A DNA stretch of 61,147 bases from Candidatus Woesearchaeota archaeon (GCA_016929895.1 JAFGHW010000048.1:1-61147), one strand, 5' to 3'. Positions 29,588 to 39,353 are shown, counted from the stretch's first letter. Notes: generated by a model from the sequence alone, not told the origin. Program-made: numbers and translations.

Positions 29588-30708
29588 TTTAATATCTCCT
29601 TTAATTCTGAAACAATATAATCTATTTCTTCAAAAGTCAATTCGTTGTACATTGGCAAAGCAAGGCTTTGCTCAAAAACTATTTTCGTAACCGGAAAATC
29701 TTGTTCATTACATTCTGCCACATTGCTATAAACCGGTTGCATATGCAAAGCATAAGTCCCTATTTGGGTTTGAATGCCTTTTTCTTTAAGTCGGGTAATC
29801 AAATCATTCCTGTTTATATTTTTATCTAACAAGATAGTGTATGCTTGATAAACATGCCTATTGTATTCCTCTGCAACAGGGCACTGTACTTGTTTGATAT
29901 CTTTTAGTTTTTCATTGTAATATTCCGCCAATTGTCTTCTTTTTTCAATAAACTTTTCAGATCTTTTCAGCTGAATCAAGGTAATTGCTGCGGCAATATC
30001 GCTAAGTTTGTAGTTATAACCCAATTTAGTGAAAGTAGGGATATGAAAATCTTTTTCTCTGGAAAACGCAGAAGTCATACCAAAACAAGACAAACTCCTG
30101 ATAGTGTCTGCTATTTCTTGATTGTTAGTTGTAATTATTCCTCCTTCTCCAGAAGTAATATTTTTTCTTGCATGAAAAGAAAAACAGCCAACATCACCCA
30201 TGCTGCCAGCAAATCTTCTTTTATACTTATTTCCAACGGCGCAGGCTGCGTCTTCGATTACAAATAGACTATGTTTTTTTGCAATTTTTATAATAGAATC
30301 CATATCCGCACACAATCCAAACATATGCACAGGAATTATTGCCTTGGTATTCTTGGTTATCTTTTTTTCAATCAGTTTGGTATTAATGTTGAACGTCGTA
30401 GGATCAATGTCAATGAAAACCGGTTTAGCATTGACATATAAAACTGCATGGGCTGTTGCAGGGAAAGTAAAATCGGGAACAATAACTTCATCTCCTCTGC
30501 CAATACCCAAAGCAAGCAACGCTAAATGAAGAGCAGCAGTACAATTGCTAATGCAAATAGCATGTTTTACACCGATATATTTAGCAAATTCTTCTTCCAG
30601 TTCTTTATTTTTAGGCCCTTGTCCGGCCACCCATCCTGTTTCAAGAACCTTTTTTATTTCCTCAGTTTCTTCTTTGTCAAAAAATGGCTTGCTAAGCGGT
30701 ATATTCAT
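29584..30708 (-). CDS. DegT/DnrJ aminotransferase
   Basis: NCTAALHL, EDAACA, FSFHARKNITSGEGG, GYNYKL. Confidence 0.92.
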   Translation of the reverse strand: MNIPLSKPFFDKEETEEIKKVLETGWVAGQGPKNKELEEEFAKYIGVKHAICISNCTAALHLALLALGIGRGDEVIVPDFTFPATAHAVLYVNAKPVFIDIDPTTFNINTKLIEKKITKNTKAIIPVHMFGLCADMDSIIKIAKKHSLFVIEDAACAVGNKYKRRFAGSMGDVGCFSFHARKNITSGEGGIITTNNQEIADTIRSLSCFGMTSAFSREKDFHIPTFTKLGYNYKLSDIAAAITLIQLKRSEKFIEKRRQLAEYYNEKLKDIKQVQCPVAEEYNRHVYQAYTILLDKNINRNDLITRLKEKGIQTQIGTYALHMQPVYSNVAECNEQDFPVTKIVFEQSLALPMYNELTFEEIDYIVSELKEILK

Positions 30709-30719
30709 ATTGCAACCAC

Positions 30720-30817
30720 CAGATTTTTATAAATCTGAAGTGATTTATAAATTTTGCCTATTAATGCTTCATTAGTCTTTTTCTTATTTTTCGGAAAATC
30801 TGCGAAAGATTTTTAAA
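30720..30817. promoter_or_regulatory. Divergent promoter region with a palindrome
   Basis: Minus-strand TTTATAAA at 30744-30751, plus-strand CGAAAGA-TTTTTAAA at 30810-30817, and inverted repeat CAGATTT-N4-AAATCTG at 30720-30737. Confidence 0.55.
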
Positions 30818-30859
30818 TCAAATAGTGTATGTTGATTCCATAATTGGGTGGAGGGGTTT

Positions 30860-31717
30860 ATGAATTTTTGCCCTTTATGTAACATAAGAAAAATACAAGT
30901 AAAATATACTCTAAAGTTAGACAGATCATTAAAAGATACTTCTTATTTTAAAATCATACAATGTAAAGTCTGCAAACTTGTATTCAGTAGCCTTTTGGAT
31001 TATCCGGAACAAATTGATTCTGGGTATGAGGAAGAATATTTCTCAAAATATGATACATCATTTGAAGACAATCAAAAGACTAGAACTTTTAAAAAAGCCT
31101 TGAAATTATTGAATAAAGCCAAGCCTAAAAAAGGAAAAATACTTGACTTTGGCTGTGCCGAAGGAAACTTTTTAGTTCTTGCTAAACAAACAGGCTGGAA
31201 TGTTTGTGGAATAGATTTATCTAAATTTGCAGCAAAAATAGCTCGAAAAAGAGGTCTGAACGTATTCAATAAAACAATAAATGACGCAAAATTCCAAAAA
31301 GAATCATTTGATGTGATTACTTTATGGGATGTAATAGAACATTTAAGCAATTTAAATGATACTTTCAAAGAATTCAAAAGAGTATTAAAAAAAGATGGTT
31401 TATTAGTTATACGAACACCGAATGAAAAAAGCATTTTTCATCTAATTGCGCATTTATCATATATTTTGAGTTTTAAAAAAATTAAATTTCTCTTAAACAC
31501 AATTTATCATTCAGATCATCTTTATTATTTTTCAAAACAAACATTAACAAAAATATTGGAAAAAAATGGATTTAAAATCAGAAAAATAATTATGAATGAT
31601 CAAACAACTATGTTTTATAAAAATCCAGTTTTGAAATGTTTAGTTTGGAAAATCCGATTTTTTGGTGTACTTTTGAATAAACAACATGCAATGCTCGCTA
31701 TTGCAATCAAAAAATAA
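30860..31717 (+). CDS. Class I SAM-dependent methyltransferase with an N-terminal CxxC...CxxC zinc-ribbon
   Basis: CPLC...CKVC, ILDFGCAEG, FDVITLWDVIEHL, LKKDGLL, HLYYF. GGAGGG SD before ATG 30860. Confidence 0.9.
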   Translation: MNFCPLCNIRKIQVKYTLKLDRSLKDTSYFKIIQCKVCKLVFSSLLDYPEQIDSGYEEEYFSKYDTSFEDNQKTRTFKKALKLLNKAKPKKGKILDFGCAEGNFLVLAKQTGWNVCGIDLSKFAAKIARKRGLNVFNKTINDAKFQKESFDVITLWDVIEHLSNLNDTFKEFKRVLKKDGLLVIRTPNEKSIFHLIAHLSYILSFKKIKFLLNTIYHSDHLYYFSKQTLTKILEKNGFKIRKIIMNDQTTMFYKNPVLKCLVWKIRFFGVLLNKQHAMLAIAIKK

Positions 31718-31767
31718 TAACATTTATAAAGCATATAGCTCTTTGAAATTATTGCAGAATAAGTTTA

Positions 31768-31797
31768 TTGAAAAAAAAGAAAGTTTTTTATTATTCA
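31768..31797 (+). repeat. Imperfect direct repeat, copy 1 (intergenic); copy 2 is at 33330-33357
   Basis: TTG-A8-G-A3-G-T6-ATTATTCA versus TTG-A7-G-A4-G-T4-ATTATTCA. Confidence 0.5.
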
Positions 31798-31846
31798 GTT
31801 TATTTAACTTAAAAGTGTATACGAATTATAGGAGGGGCGAATTATA

Positions 31847-33295
31847 ATGAGCGATGTGGTCTTAGTATATCCGATACCTACTAATGAACAAACTGAAACA
31901 ATGGGGCCTCCTTTGTCAATTTTGTATTTAGGTTCTTTTCTTGAAGATAAAGGATTTATTGTAGATTATTATGATGAACGAATATCACCAGTAGGTGTTT
32001 TAAAAGATTATTTGCGCGAAAAACCGCTTTTAATTGCAGTTTCTTCTATGACAGGATACCAACTTTTGGGAGCGCGAAGATCTTTGCAATTAGCAAAAGA
32101 AATAGCACCCGAAACTAAAACTATCTTAGGCGGAGTTCATGCTTCTTTAGTAGCTGAGCAATGTTTAAAAGAATCGTATGTTGACTTTGTATGTATCGGT
32201 GAAGGAGAGCTTACATTATTGGAACTTACTAAAATGCTAAAAGAAGGAAAACACGTTATGCATTCTATTTCAGGCTTAGGTTGGAAAGATCAAAATAATC
32301 GAGTTTTTATAAATAAAAAGAGAGATTTTATGGATTTAGATCAATCTGTGGCGCCGATAACAAAAAAATCTGCACCGTTATATGAGCATTATCCTTGGAA
32401 AAAAGTTCAAATATCCCGTGGATGCCCGCATCGGTGTGTATTTTGTTATAATACATATTTTAATGAGAGAAGATATCGCATCAAGTCAATTGATAAAATT
32501 GAAGAAGAATTAAAAGTATTAAAAGATTTTTTCCCTTCTATGAAACAAGTAACTCTTTTGAGCGATAATATTGGAAGAAACAAGACAAGAGTAAAAGCCA
32601 TTTCAGAACTCATGAAATCTTATAATTTTAAATGGCATACTGGTATTCGTTCTGAATATATTGACCAGGAAATGATAGATATTTTAGAATCTTCCTGCGA
32701 TTCTCTTTTTTTAGGAGTAGAAAGTGCTTCTCCTAGAATTATTAAATTTATTAATAAAGATAATACATCTGAAGATGCTTTGAATGCGGCAAAAATTATT
32801 TCTAAATCTTCGATAAAGCCGTATTATTCTTTTATGACTGGTTTTCCTGATGAAACAAAAGAAGAAATTCTTGCTTCGATGGATTTAGCCGATAAAATCC
32901 AAAAGATTGATCCGAAATCAATAATAACACCATTTTTTATATTCACTGCTTTTCCAGGAACAGAACTTTATAAATTTGCTTTAACATATGAAGGATATAC
33001 TAGTCCTAATAGTTTTGATGAATGGTCAAGTTTCAGTTTAAATCAAGTTAGTATGCCTTGGATGGATAAGAAGACAAGTAATTTAGCTTTGAATCTCTAT
33101 TATATCTCCATGCTTCTTTATCTAGAAGAAAAAGATTATTCAAGAACAAAATTTGAGAAGGCCTTTTTTAACTTTTTAAAATCCCGCGCAAGACAAAAAT
33201 GGCAAAATAGAGACTTCAATTTTGATATAGAAAGAGAGTTATTTACTAAATATAACGAAGATGTAAAAGTAAAACAACTTTCAAAAAAACTATAA
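31847..33295 (+). CDS. Cobalamin-binding radical SAM protein
   Basis: PPLSILYLG, ILGGVH, GEGE, SRGCPHRCVFC, GVES, MTGFP. GGAGGGG SD. Confidence 0.9.
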   Translation: MSDVVLVYPIPTNEQTETMGPPLSILYLGSFLEDKGFIVDYYDERISPVGVLKDYLREKPLLIAVSSMTGYQLLGARRSLQLAKEIAPETKTILGGVHASLVAEQCLKESYVDFVCIGEGELTLLELTKMLKEGKHVMHSISGLGWKDQNNRVFINKKRDFMDLDQSVAPITKKSAPLYEHYPWKKVQISRGCPHRCVFCYNTYFNERRYRIKSIDKIEEELKVLKDFFPSMKQVTLLSDNIGRNKTRVKAISELMKSYNFKWHTGIRSEYIDQEMIDILESSCDSLFLGVESASPRIIKFINKDNTSEDALNAAKIISKSSIKPYYSFMTGFPDETKEEILASMDLADKIQKIDPKSIITPFFIFTAFPGTELYKFALTYEGYTSPNSFDEWSSFSLNQVSMPWMDKKTSNLALNLYYISMLLYLEEKDYSRTKFEKAFFNFLKSRARQKWQNRDFNFDIERELFTKYNEDVKVKQLSKKL

Positions 33296-33296
33296 A

Positions 33297-34754
33297 ATGA
33301 ATAAATCACAGTTTTTTTGGAGGTCTAATTTGAAAAAAAGAAAAGTTTTATTATTCAACCCCCCCGGCGCAAAAAGATATAATAGAGATACTTTCTGTAG
33401 CGGCACAACCAAGGGAAAATATTCGTGGCCACCACAAGATCTTCTGTGTTTGAGCGGAATCTTGTATGGGAAACACGATATTATAGTATTAGACGCCACA
33501 GTAGATATGATGGCAAAGGACGTATGTCTAAATAAAATAAAAGAGATGGATATCGACACTTTAATTTTTCTTACAGGAGTAGCATCATGGAAGGAAGATT
33601 CCGAATTTGTTAAAAAGATAAAAGAAATAAAAAAAGATTTAGATGTTATTGGAATAGGAGGATTTTTCTTGGCTATGGGCACAAAAATAATGAATGAAAA
33701 TCAATTTTTAAATGCCATATTGATGGATTTTACTTCTAATAATATTTTAACATATTTAGAAGGACCGACAGGAAAAATAGATAATATAATTTATAGAAGA
33801 AATAATGAGATAACAAATGGAGGAATCGTCCCCCCGAGTGGTATAACGTTCGCCTATCCCATCCCAAGACATGAAATGTTTCCAATAACAAGATATAAAC
33901 TACCCATAATTAAAAAACATCCATTTACAAACATTCTTTTTTCCTTAGGATGTGTTAATAAATGTAAATTTTGTCCTTATGGCGAAGGAAGCAAGATTCC
34001 TTATACTTTCAGAGACGTGGAAAATACTATAGAAGAAATGAAGTACATAAAATCATTAGGAATAAATGAAATAAGATTTATGGATTACAGTATTTCAATA
34101 AATAAACCGAATCTTAAAAAATTATGCGAAAGAATGATAGAAGAAAAATTCAACTTCACATGGCACGCCCTATCAAAAGTAACTGAGGTTGATGAAGAAT
34201 CACTTTCATTAATGAAAAAATCGGGATGCAAAACATTATTATTTGGTGTTGAAAATGGAGATCAAAGAATACTTGATATGTACGCAAAAGGAATAACTCT
34301 TGAAAGAATAAAATATATATTTGGAGTATGCAAAAAGCTAAAAATAGATACTCTGGCACATTTTATCATTGCTTTGCCTGGAGAGGATGAAGCTTCTGTC
34401 AATAAAACAATTGATTTCAGCATTGAATTAGATCCTGATTATGCTAATTTTTCAGTAGCGGCCCCTTATGTAGGAACTGCAATGCGTAAGGAAGCGATTG
34501 AAAAAGGATGGATTGACAAAAGATTTGAGAATGATATATTCTCTGATGCAGCACAATATCCCATAATGGAAACCGAAAAACTTACAAAAGAGCAGGTTTG
34601 GAAGTTGAAAAATAAAGCAGTAAGAAAATTCTTCTTTAGACCATCATATATATTAAAACGATTTATAAGAATAAGATCTTTAGACGATTTTATAGTACAG
34701 GCAAAAGTAGGTATATCGCTTATTCAAAATATGAAAAAAGCCGTATTTAAGTAA
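33297..34754 (+). CDS. Cobalamin-binding-type radical SAM protein
   Basis: LLFNPP, WPPQDL, SLGCVNKCKFC, GVE, PYVGT. Alternative start TTG 33330 follows GGAGGT. Confidence 0.85.
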   Translation: MNKSQFFWRSNLKKRKVLLFNPPGAKRYNRDTFCSGTTKGKYSWPPQDLLCLSGILYGKHDIIVLDATVDMMAKDVCLNKIKEMDIDTLIFLTGVASWKEDSEFVKKIKEIKKDLDVIGIGGFFLAMGTKIMNENQFLNAILMDFTSNNILTYLEGPTGKIDNIIYRRNNEITNGGIVPPSGITFAYPIPRHEMFPITRYKLPIIKKHPFTNILFSLGCVNKCKFCPYGEGSKIPYTFRDVENTIEEMKYIKSLGINEIRFMDYSISINKPNLKKLCERMIEEKFNFTWHALSKVTEVDEESLSLMKKSGCKTLLFGVENGDQRILDMYAKGITLERIKYIFGVCKKLKIDTLAHFIIALPGEDEASVNKTIDFSIELDPDYANFSVAAPYVGTAMRKEAIEKGWIDKRFENDIFSDAAQYPIMETEKLTKEQVWKLKNKAVRKFFFRPSYILKRFIRIRSLDDFIVQAKVGISLIQNMKKAVFK

Positions 34755-35129
34755 TTAAGGTTTTCTTAAAGTTCTGAAATAAAAGATTATTACTCCGATT
34801 ATTATAAGTATGGCAGATACATAAAGATAATATTCCTTAATTTTCACTTTAATAGTCATATTAATAAAATAAAGAAGGAAAGACTGTAAACCATACCCTG
34901 AACCTGTTCCTATAATAAGTCTTTCTATCTGTCCTATCTTGCCATAGAATAACAAACAAATAGAATATCCTGGTATTATGAAAAGATAGAAATGTGCAAT
35001 AGCCATTTTTAATACTAAAAATATATTCTCTTTATAATAATGGATTTGAAAAAATAAATAAAATAAGATAAAGGCAATAATTATTACTTTTAATTCATTT
35101 AATATTGCTTTTTTGACATCAGATTTCAT
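34755..35129 (-). CDS. Small 4-TM membrane protein
   Basis: Four hydrophobic segments, FIIPGY...ERL pattern. Overlaps the upstream gene by 4 bp. Confidence 0.7.
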   Translation of the reverse strand: MKSDVKKAILNELKVIIIAFILFYLFFQIHYYKENIFLVLKMAIAHFYLFIIPGYSICLLFYGKIGQIERLIIGTGSGYGLQSFLLYFINMTIKVKIKEYYLYVSAILIIIGVIIFYFRTLRKP

Positions 35130-36916
35130 GATAATGCCTCATCTTCAAAGCAGTCTCCACCAAGATTATTATTTTTTAATATAACAACAAGATTATTCTG
35201 GAATACAGGAACAAAATTATTTTCGTTAATCAATTTTTCCAACAATTTTAAAGTATATTTTTGTATTGGGGGACTTCTGCTTACTTTGTCGGTGTACAGA
35301 TATTCGTAATTGCATAATGAGTGCATCATACTAACAAATTTACGTTCTTTTTCGACATATGTGCCGTTTTCCTTAAAAAAGGTTTCTGCAAGTATAAACC
35401 CTCTTACCTGCATTGTTGAAGTTAAAACACCTTCAGAAGCTTTTTTAACATAATAATCAATATAAGTTCTGAATTGATTTTTTAGCATCATATAAAACAC
35501 AGTTTCCTGGTTATATCTATCTCCATAAAGAACTAGTATTTTCTCGTCATCATCAACATTATCTCTTACCCATTTAAATGCCTCCCAGGTATAAGGATCT
35601 GCAAAAGCATAACCTCCAAGCGGCGTCGGAGCATGATACATATAAGTTGGGATAAGAGTAGCTAAAAATAATACGGAAAAAATGAACACAGGCGCAAGTT
35701 TTATTTTTATAATTTTTTTAAGAAATAAATAGATGATAAATAATGTTAAACCAGTTATAGGCATAAGAAGAATAGGGAAAAGATGTCCTATTTGTGTTGT
35801 TTTATTTCCTAAAACACTGAAAAGACCATTAAATGCAAACATAAAACTCACAGATATTATTATATCTATTGTTCTTATTTTCTTAAATATTAAAAAACCA
35901 AGACCAATAATAATACCTATAATGAGTAAATACTTAAAAAATCCAAACTGCCATAAATAAACATGGTGTGGAAGCCAAGGAGGCATGTATTGAATTAAAA
36001 TACTATTTACTTGTGCGTATCCATGTGCCGCACTTTTAATATATAAAAACATGAAAAGAATCGGAATATAATGAAACATCATTAGTAACATTATTGGGAT
36101 TGATAAAATATAATTTCTAAGAGCAATTAATGTTACATTTTCTTTTAATAAGGTGATTATACCTTTTGGATTTTTTATAATTTTTTGCAGTATTTTCTCT
36201 TTTAGAAACCTCACTAAGAAATAAAGAGCAACACCAGTATTAAACATTAGTGTTTCTCTTGCGTGTGCTAAAAAACCGGCGCCATTCATAATACCTAAAA
36301 AAATAAACATGTATCTTTTATTTAAATGAAGAATACAAAATAAACCAACCACAGCAAAAAGCATTGTTGCAGGCGAAAGGCACATCCCCCAAGTGATTGT
36401 ATACTGAAAAGGCCACTTAAACACAAGTAAACTTAAAGGCAGAGAAAGTATAGCCAATCTTAAATCAATCTTTTTCAAAAAATAGAATACCATCAAAGTT
36501 GATAAAACGATAAATAAAAGAGTTGAATGCATTATAAATTCATGAGTTTCAAGGCCGGTGAACAGAGAAAGTTGTCCTGCGATAATACCACTAATCATAG
36601 AAAAAGTAGTAATAACGCCCGGTGTTCCCTGTGATAAATAAAAAGGCAGATGTGAAATATCGCTTTCAAGTTTAGCCATTTCAGCATAAACAGAACAGGT
36701 AAACATATCACCCGCGTTATAATTGAATGGTGCATCATGTTCAAGTAAACCTGCGTTAAAAAAAGACATAAATTTCAACATAATTATCAGAAAAATTATC
36801 AGAAAGATAAATTCGATTTTTATTTTCTTAACATACTTAAAAAGTGATGCTAACTTATTGCAGTGAATAAGGTTATCTGTATATGCCGAATTATCTTTCT
36901 TATTGTCTCCATCCAT
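35126..36916 (-). CDS. Multi-pass membrane protein, possible GT-C glycosyltransferase
   Basis: About 11 TM segments, acidic first loop (YNAGD), soluble C-terminal domain after WEAFKWVRDN. Confidence 0.5.
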   Translation of the reverse strand: MDGDNKKDNSAYTDNLIHCNKLASLFKYVKKIKIEFIFLIIFLIIMLKFMSFFNAGLLEHDAPFNYNAGDMFTCSVYAEMAKLESDISHLPFYLSQGTPGVITTFSMISGIIAGQLSLFTGLETHEFIMHSTLLFIVLSTLMVFYFLKKIDLRLAILSLPLSLLVFKWPFQYTITWGMCLSPATMLFAVVGLFCILHLNKRYMFIFLGIMNGAGFLAHARETLMFNTGVALYFLVRFLKEKILQKIIKNPKGIITLLKENVTLIALRNYILSIPIMLLMMFHYIPILFMFLYIKSAAHGYAQVNSILIQYMPPWLPHHVYLWQFGFFKYLLIIGIIIGLGFLIFKKIRTIDIIISVSFMFAFNGLFSVLGNKTTQIGHLFPILLMPITGLTLFIIYLFLKKIIKIKLAPVFIFSVLFLATLIPTYMYHAPTPLGGYAFADPYTWEAFKWVRDNVDDDEKILVLYGDRYNQETVFYMMLKNQFRTYIDYYVKKASEGVLTSTMQVRGFILAETFFKENGTYVEKERKFVSMMHSLCNYEYLYTDKVSRSPPIQKYTLKLLEKLINENNFVPVFQNNLVVILKNNNLGGDCFEDEALS

Positions 36917-36938
36917 CTATATTATAATTAAAAGTGAA

Positions 36939-37000
36939 TTTAAAAAACTTGCTATTTCTTGAATAGTCTTGGCTAACTTCAAATCCGCAACCTTTTTATA
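36939..37000. promoter_or_regulatory. Divergent TATA boxes
   Basis: Minus-strand TTTTTAAA at 36939-36946 (22 nt to ATG 36916). Plus-strand CCGCAACC-TTTTTATA at 36993-37000 (23 nt to ATG 37024). Confidence 0.6.
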
Positions 37001-37023
37001 TTACGCAATAATAAGAAAAATTA

Positions 37024-38022
37024 ATGAAAATAACCATACGTTCAAAATTTTTGAACATAATAAGAGATTGGATATCTTCGCGATTAGCTAAGAACATAAT
37101 CACTAAAAAAATATTTTATTCAAAACCAATTACTAATAAGAAATGGGATCTTTTTTCTATAGAATTAACTAATCATTGTCCAATGAAGTGTGATGTTTGC
37201 CCAAGAACCAACAATATGACTCGGCCTTTAGGGTTCATGGATTTTTCATTGTTTAAAAAAATAATAGACCAAGCAAGCGAGAAAATAAATTCTGTGTGGC
37301 TTCATCAATTTGGAGACAGTTTAGTACATCCCGAATTTAAAGAATTTATTATTTATGCTCAAAACAAAGGAATCAAAACAAAATTATCTACAAATGCAAT
37401 ACTCTTAAATGAAGTTACATCTAAAAAATTGATAGAATCCGGCTTAGACAGACTGATTATTTCTTTGGATTCTACTGATGAAGAAAGTCAGACCAAAACT
37501 AGAGGAGTTCCTGGGATTTACAAAAAATCTGTTGAAAACGTTAAAAAGTTCTTAGAAGTAAGAAAATGCGCAGGGTCTAAAAAACCCAACACTATTTTAC
37601 AGATGATTGAATATGAATATACAAAAAATTTAGTTCCAATTTTTATAAATCAATGGAAAAATAATAGCGATCTGGATGAAATCTCGATTGGTACTTTTGT
37701 AAATTGGAACGGAGGAGTCGATAGAATCAATAACTACACAAAAAAATTAAGTTTATTACTGAGATTTGTTAAAAAATTCAATAAAAAGAAATCCCGATAT
37801 AATTGTTGTCATTTCCCATGGAGATCTTTATCTATTCTTTGGGATGGCACTGTTGTTCCTTGCTGTTTTGATTATGATGGTTTATATGTTTTAGGAAATG
37901 TTAAAGATCAGTCTCTTGATGAAATATGGAATGGAGAGAAAATGCAGGCTTTAAGAAATGAATTTATTCATAATAAAGTAACAAATAAATTATGCTCCAC
38001 TTGCCGCGGTAGATTTATATAA
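37024..38022 (+). CDS. Radical SAM protein with a SPASM/twitch domain
   Basis: ELTNHCPMKCDVCPR, STNA, ISLD. C-terminal CHFPW...VPCCFD...LGN...IWNG...CSTC. Confidence 0.9.
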   Translation: MKITIRSKFLNIIRDWISSRLAKNIITKKIFYSKPITNKKWDLFSIELTNHCPMKCDVCPRTNNMTRPLGFMDFSLFKKIIDQASEKINSVWLHQFGDSLVHPEFKEFIIYAQNKGIKTKLSTNAILLNEVTSKKLIESGLDRLIISLDSTDEESQTKTRGVPGIYKKSVENVKKFLEVRKCAGSKKPNTILQMIEYEYTKNLVPIFINQWKNNSDLDEISIGTFVNWNGGVDRINNYTKKLSLLLRFVKKFNKKKSRYNCCHFPWRSLSILWDGTVVPCCFDYDGLYVLGNVKDQSLDEIWNGEKMQALRNEFIHNKVTNKLCSTCRGRFI

Positions 38023-38381
38023 TTGTATTTAATCAGTATTACGTTTAAAAAAGATATAATGCTTTTTATAAATAATCCACACAGTTTTTGGTATCTTTGT
38101 TAAATTCTGGAATAAGTTAGGTATTATTAACTAACTGAGACTATGCTAATTTGAATGTAGAATCAAAAAAAGTGCTGTGCACTTAATAACATTTTTCCAA
38201 GAAATAAGATAGATAATTTGGGAAAACCAAAATTTCGCAAATCCTTCTGATTCTGTTTATTTGGTTGTTTAAATAATTTTTAACGCTTTAAAAATAATTA
38301 TCATTCTACATTAAAGAATTTATGGTTTGTTGTAGAAATCTTGCAGAAACATTTTTAAATTGAATCATATGAATGTCTCTT

Positions 38382-39326
38382 ATGAACTTAAACAAATTAA
38401 GATATGTCGTTTTATTCATAGGATTGGCTATAATAGGATATATTCTTTGGCAGATAGATTATGGCATGATACGCCAAATCAAAATAGATTGGTCATTTTT
38501 CAAATTTTTACTTCTTTTTTTAATTATTCTGATGATTTTTATTGTTCGAACCTGGCGATGGCAGTTATTTTTAAAAAGCATTAATGTTTGTTTAAAATTT
38601 ATTCCAACTTTGTTATTAGTTGCTCCATCTATGGCCTTTGCGCTTTTTTCTCCAGCGCAATCGGGGGACTTGATTAAAATAGAATTTTTAAAAAAGAAAT
38701 TTGGAGTGCCCAGAAAAGAATCTTTTTCTACAGTAGCAATGGAAAAAATTCTTGATTTGGGTTTTCTTTTTACTTTTTTTGTAATAGGTATTAGTCATAT
38801 ATCTATAGCATTTTTGAAAATTGATATAATGTATATTCTTGCGTTTATTATTATTTCAATTCTGTTAGGAATATCTTTAATTTGGTTGTTGAGAAATAGA
38901 AGTAACTTAATTCGGATTACACTAATGAATTTTAAATTAATTTTCAAAAGCCCAGTCAATTTTTTGTTGGGGATATTTATGACCATTTTATACTGGGGGT
39001 TTTTGGCATGGGCCTGGCTTTTGGTTGCAAAAATTCTAAATATTCCTTTAACCTTTGTTTTTACGATTGAAATTTTATCTATTCTTTCAGTTATAGGCTT
39101 AATCACGCTAATTCCGGGCGGACTTGGAGTTGTTGAGATAAGTGCAATTATTATCTTGTCAAATATATTAAATATAAATTCTAACATTGCGGCGGTATAT
39201 TCTATTTTTATGAGATTGTATACGGTTTTTATTGCGATTATTGGCTATTTACCTTTTTTATTAGATATCCAAAAAGTATTTAAATCAGATAAAATAATTA
39301 AATACTCGAAAGGGAGAACAATATAG
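38382..39326 (+). CDS. Lysylphosphatidylglycerol-synthase TM / UPF0104 (AglD2-like) putative flippase
   Basis: RTWRWQ, PAQSGDLIK, EKILD, IPGGLGVVE. ATG 38382 is 22 nt after TATA 38352-38359. Confidence 0.85.
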   Translation: MNLNKLRYVVLFIGLAIIGYILWQIDYGMIRQIKIDWSFFKFLLLFLIILMIFIVRTWRWQLFLKSINVCLKFIPTLLLVAPSMAFALFSPAQSGDLIKIEFLKKKFGVPRKESFSTVAMEKILDLGFLFTFFVIGISHISIAFLKIDIMYILAFIIISILLGISLIWLLRNRSNLIRITLMNFKLIFKSPVNFLLGIFMTILYWGFLAWAWLLVAKILNIPLTFVFTIEILSILSVIGLITLIPGGLGVVEISAIIILSNILNINSNIAAVYSIFMRLYTVFIAIIGYLPFLLDIQKVFKSDKIIKYSKGRTI

Positions 39327-39353
39327 GATATAGCATATGGATAGGTGAATCTA

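Noticed and set aside
38300..38340. TTCTACA...TGTTGTAGAAAT resembles a Cas12a repeat stem
   Set aside because: Single copy, no repeat-spacer periodicity, and no cas genes in the window.
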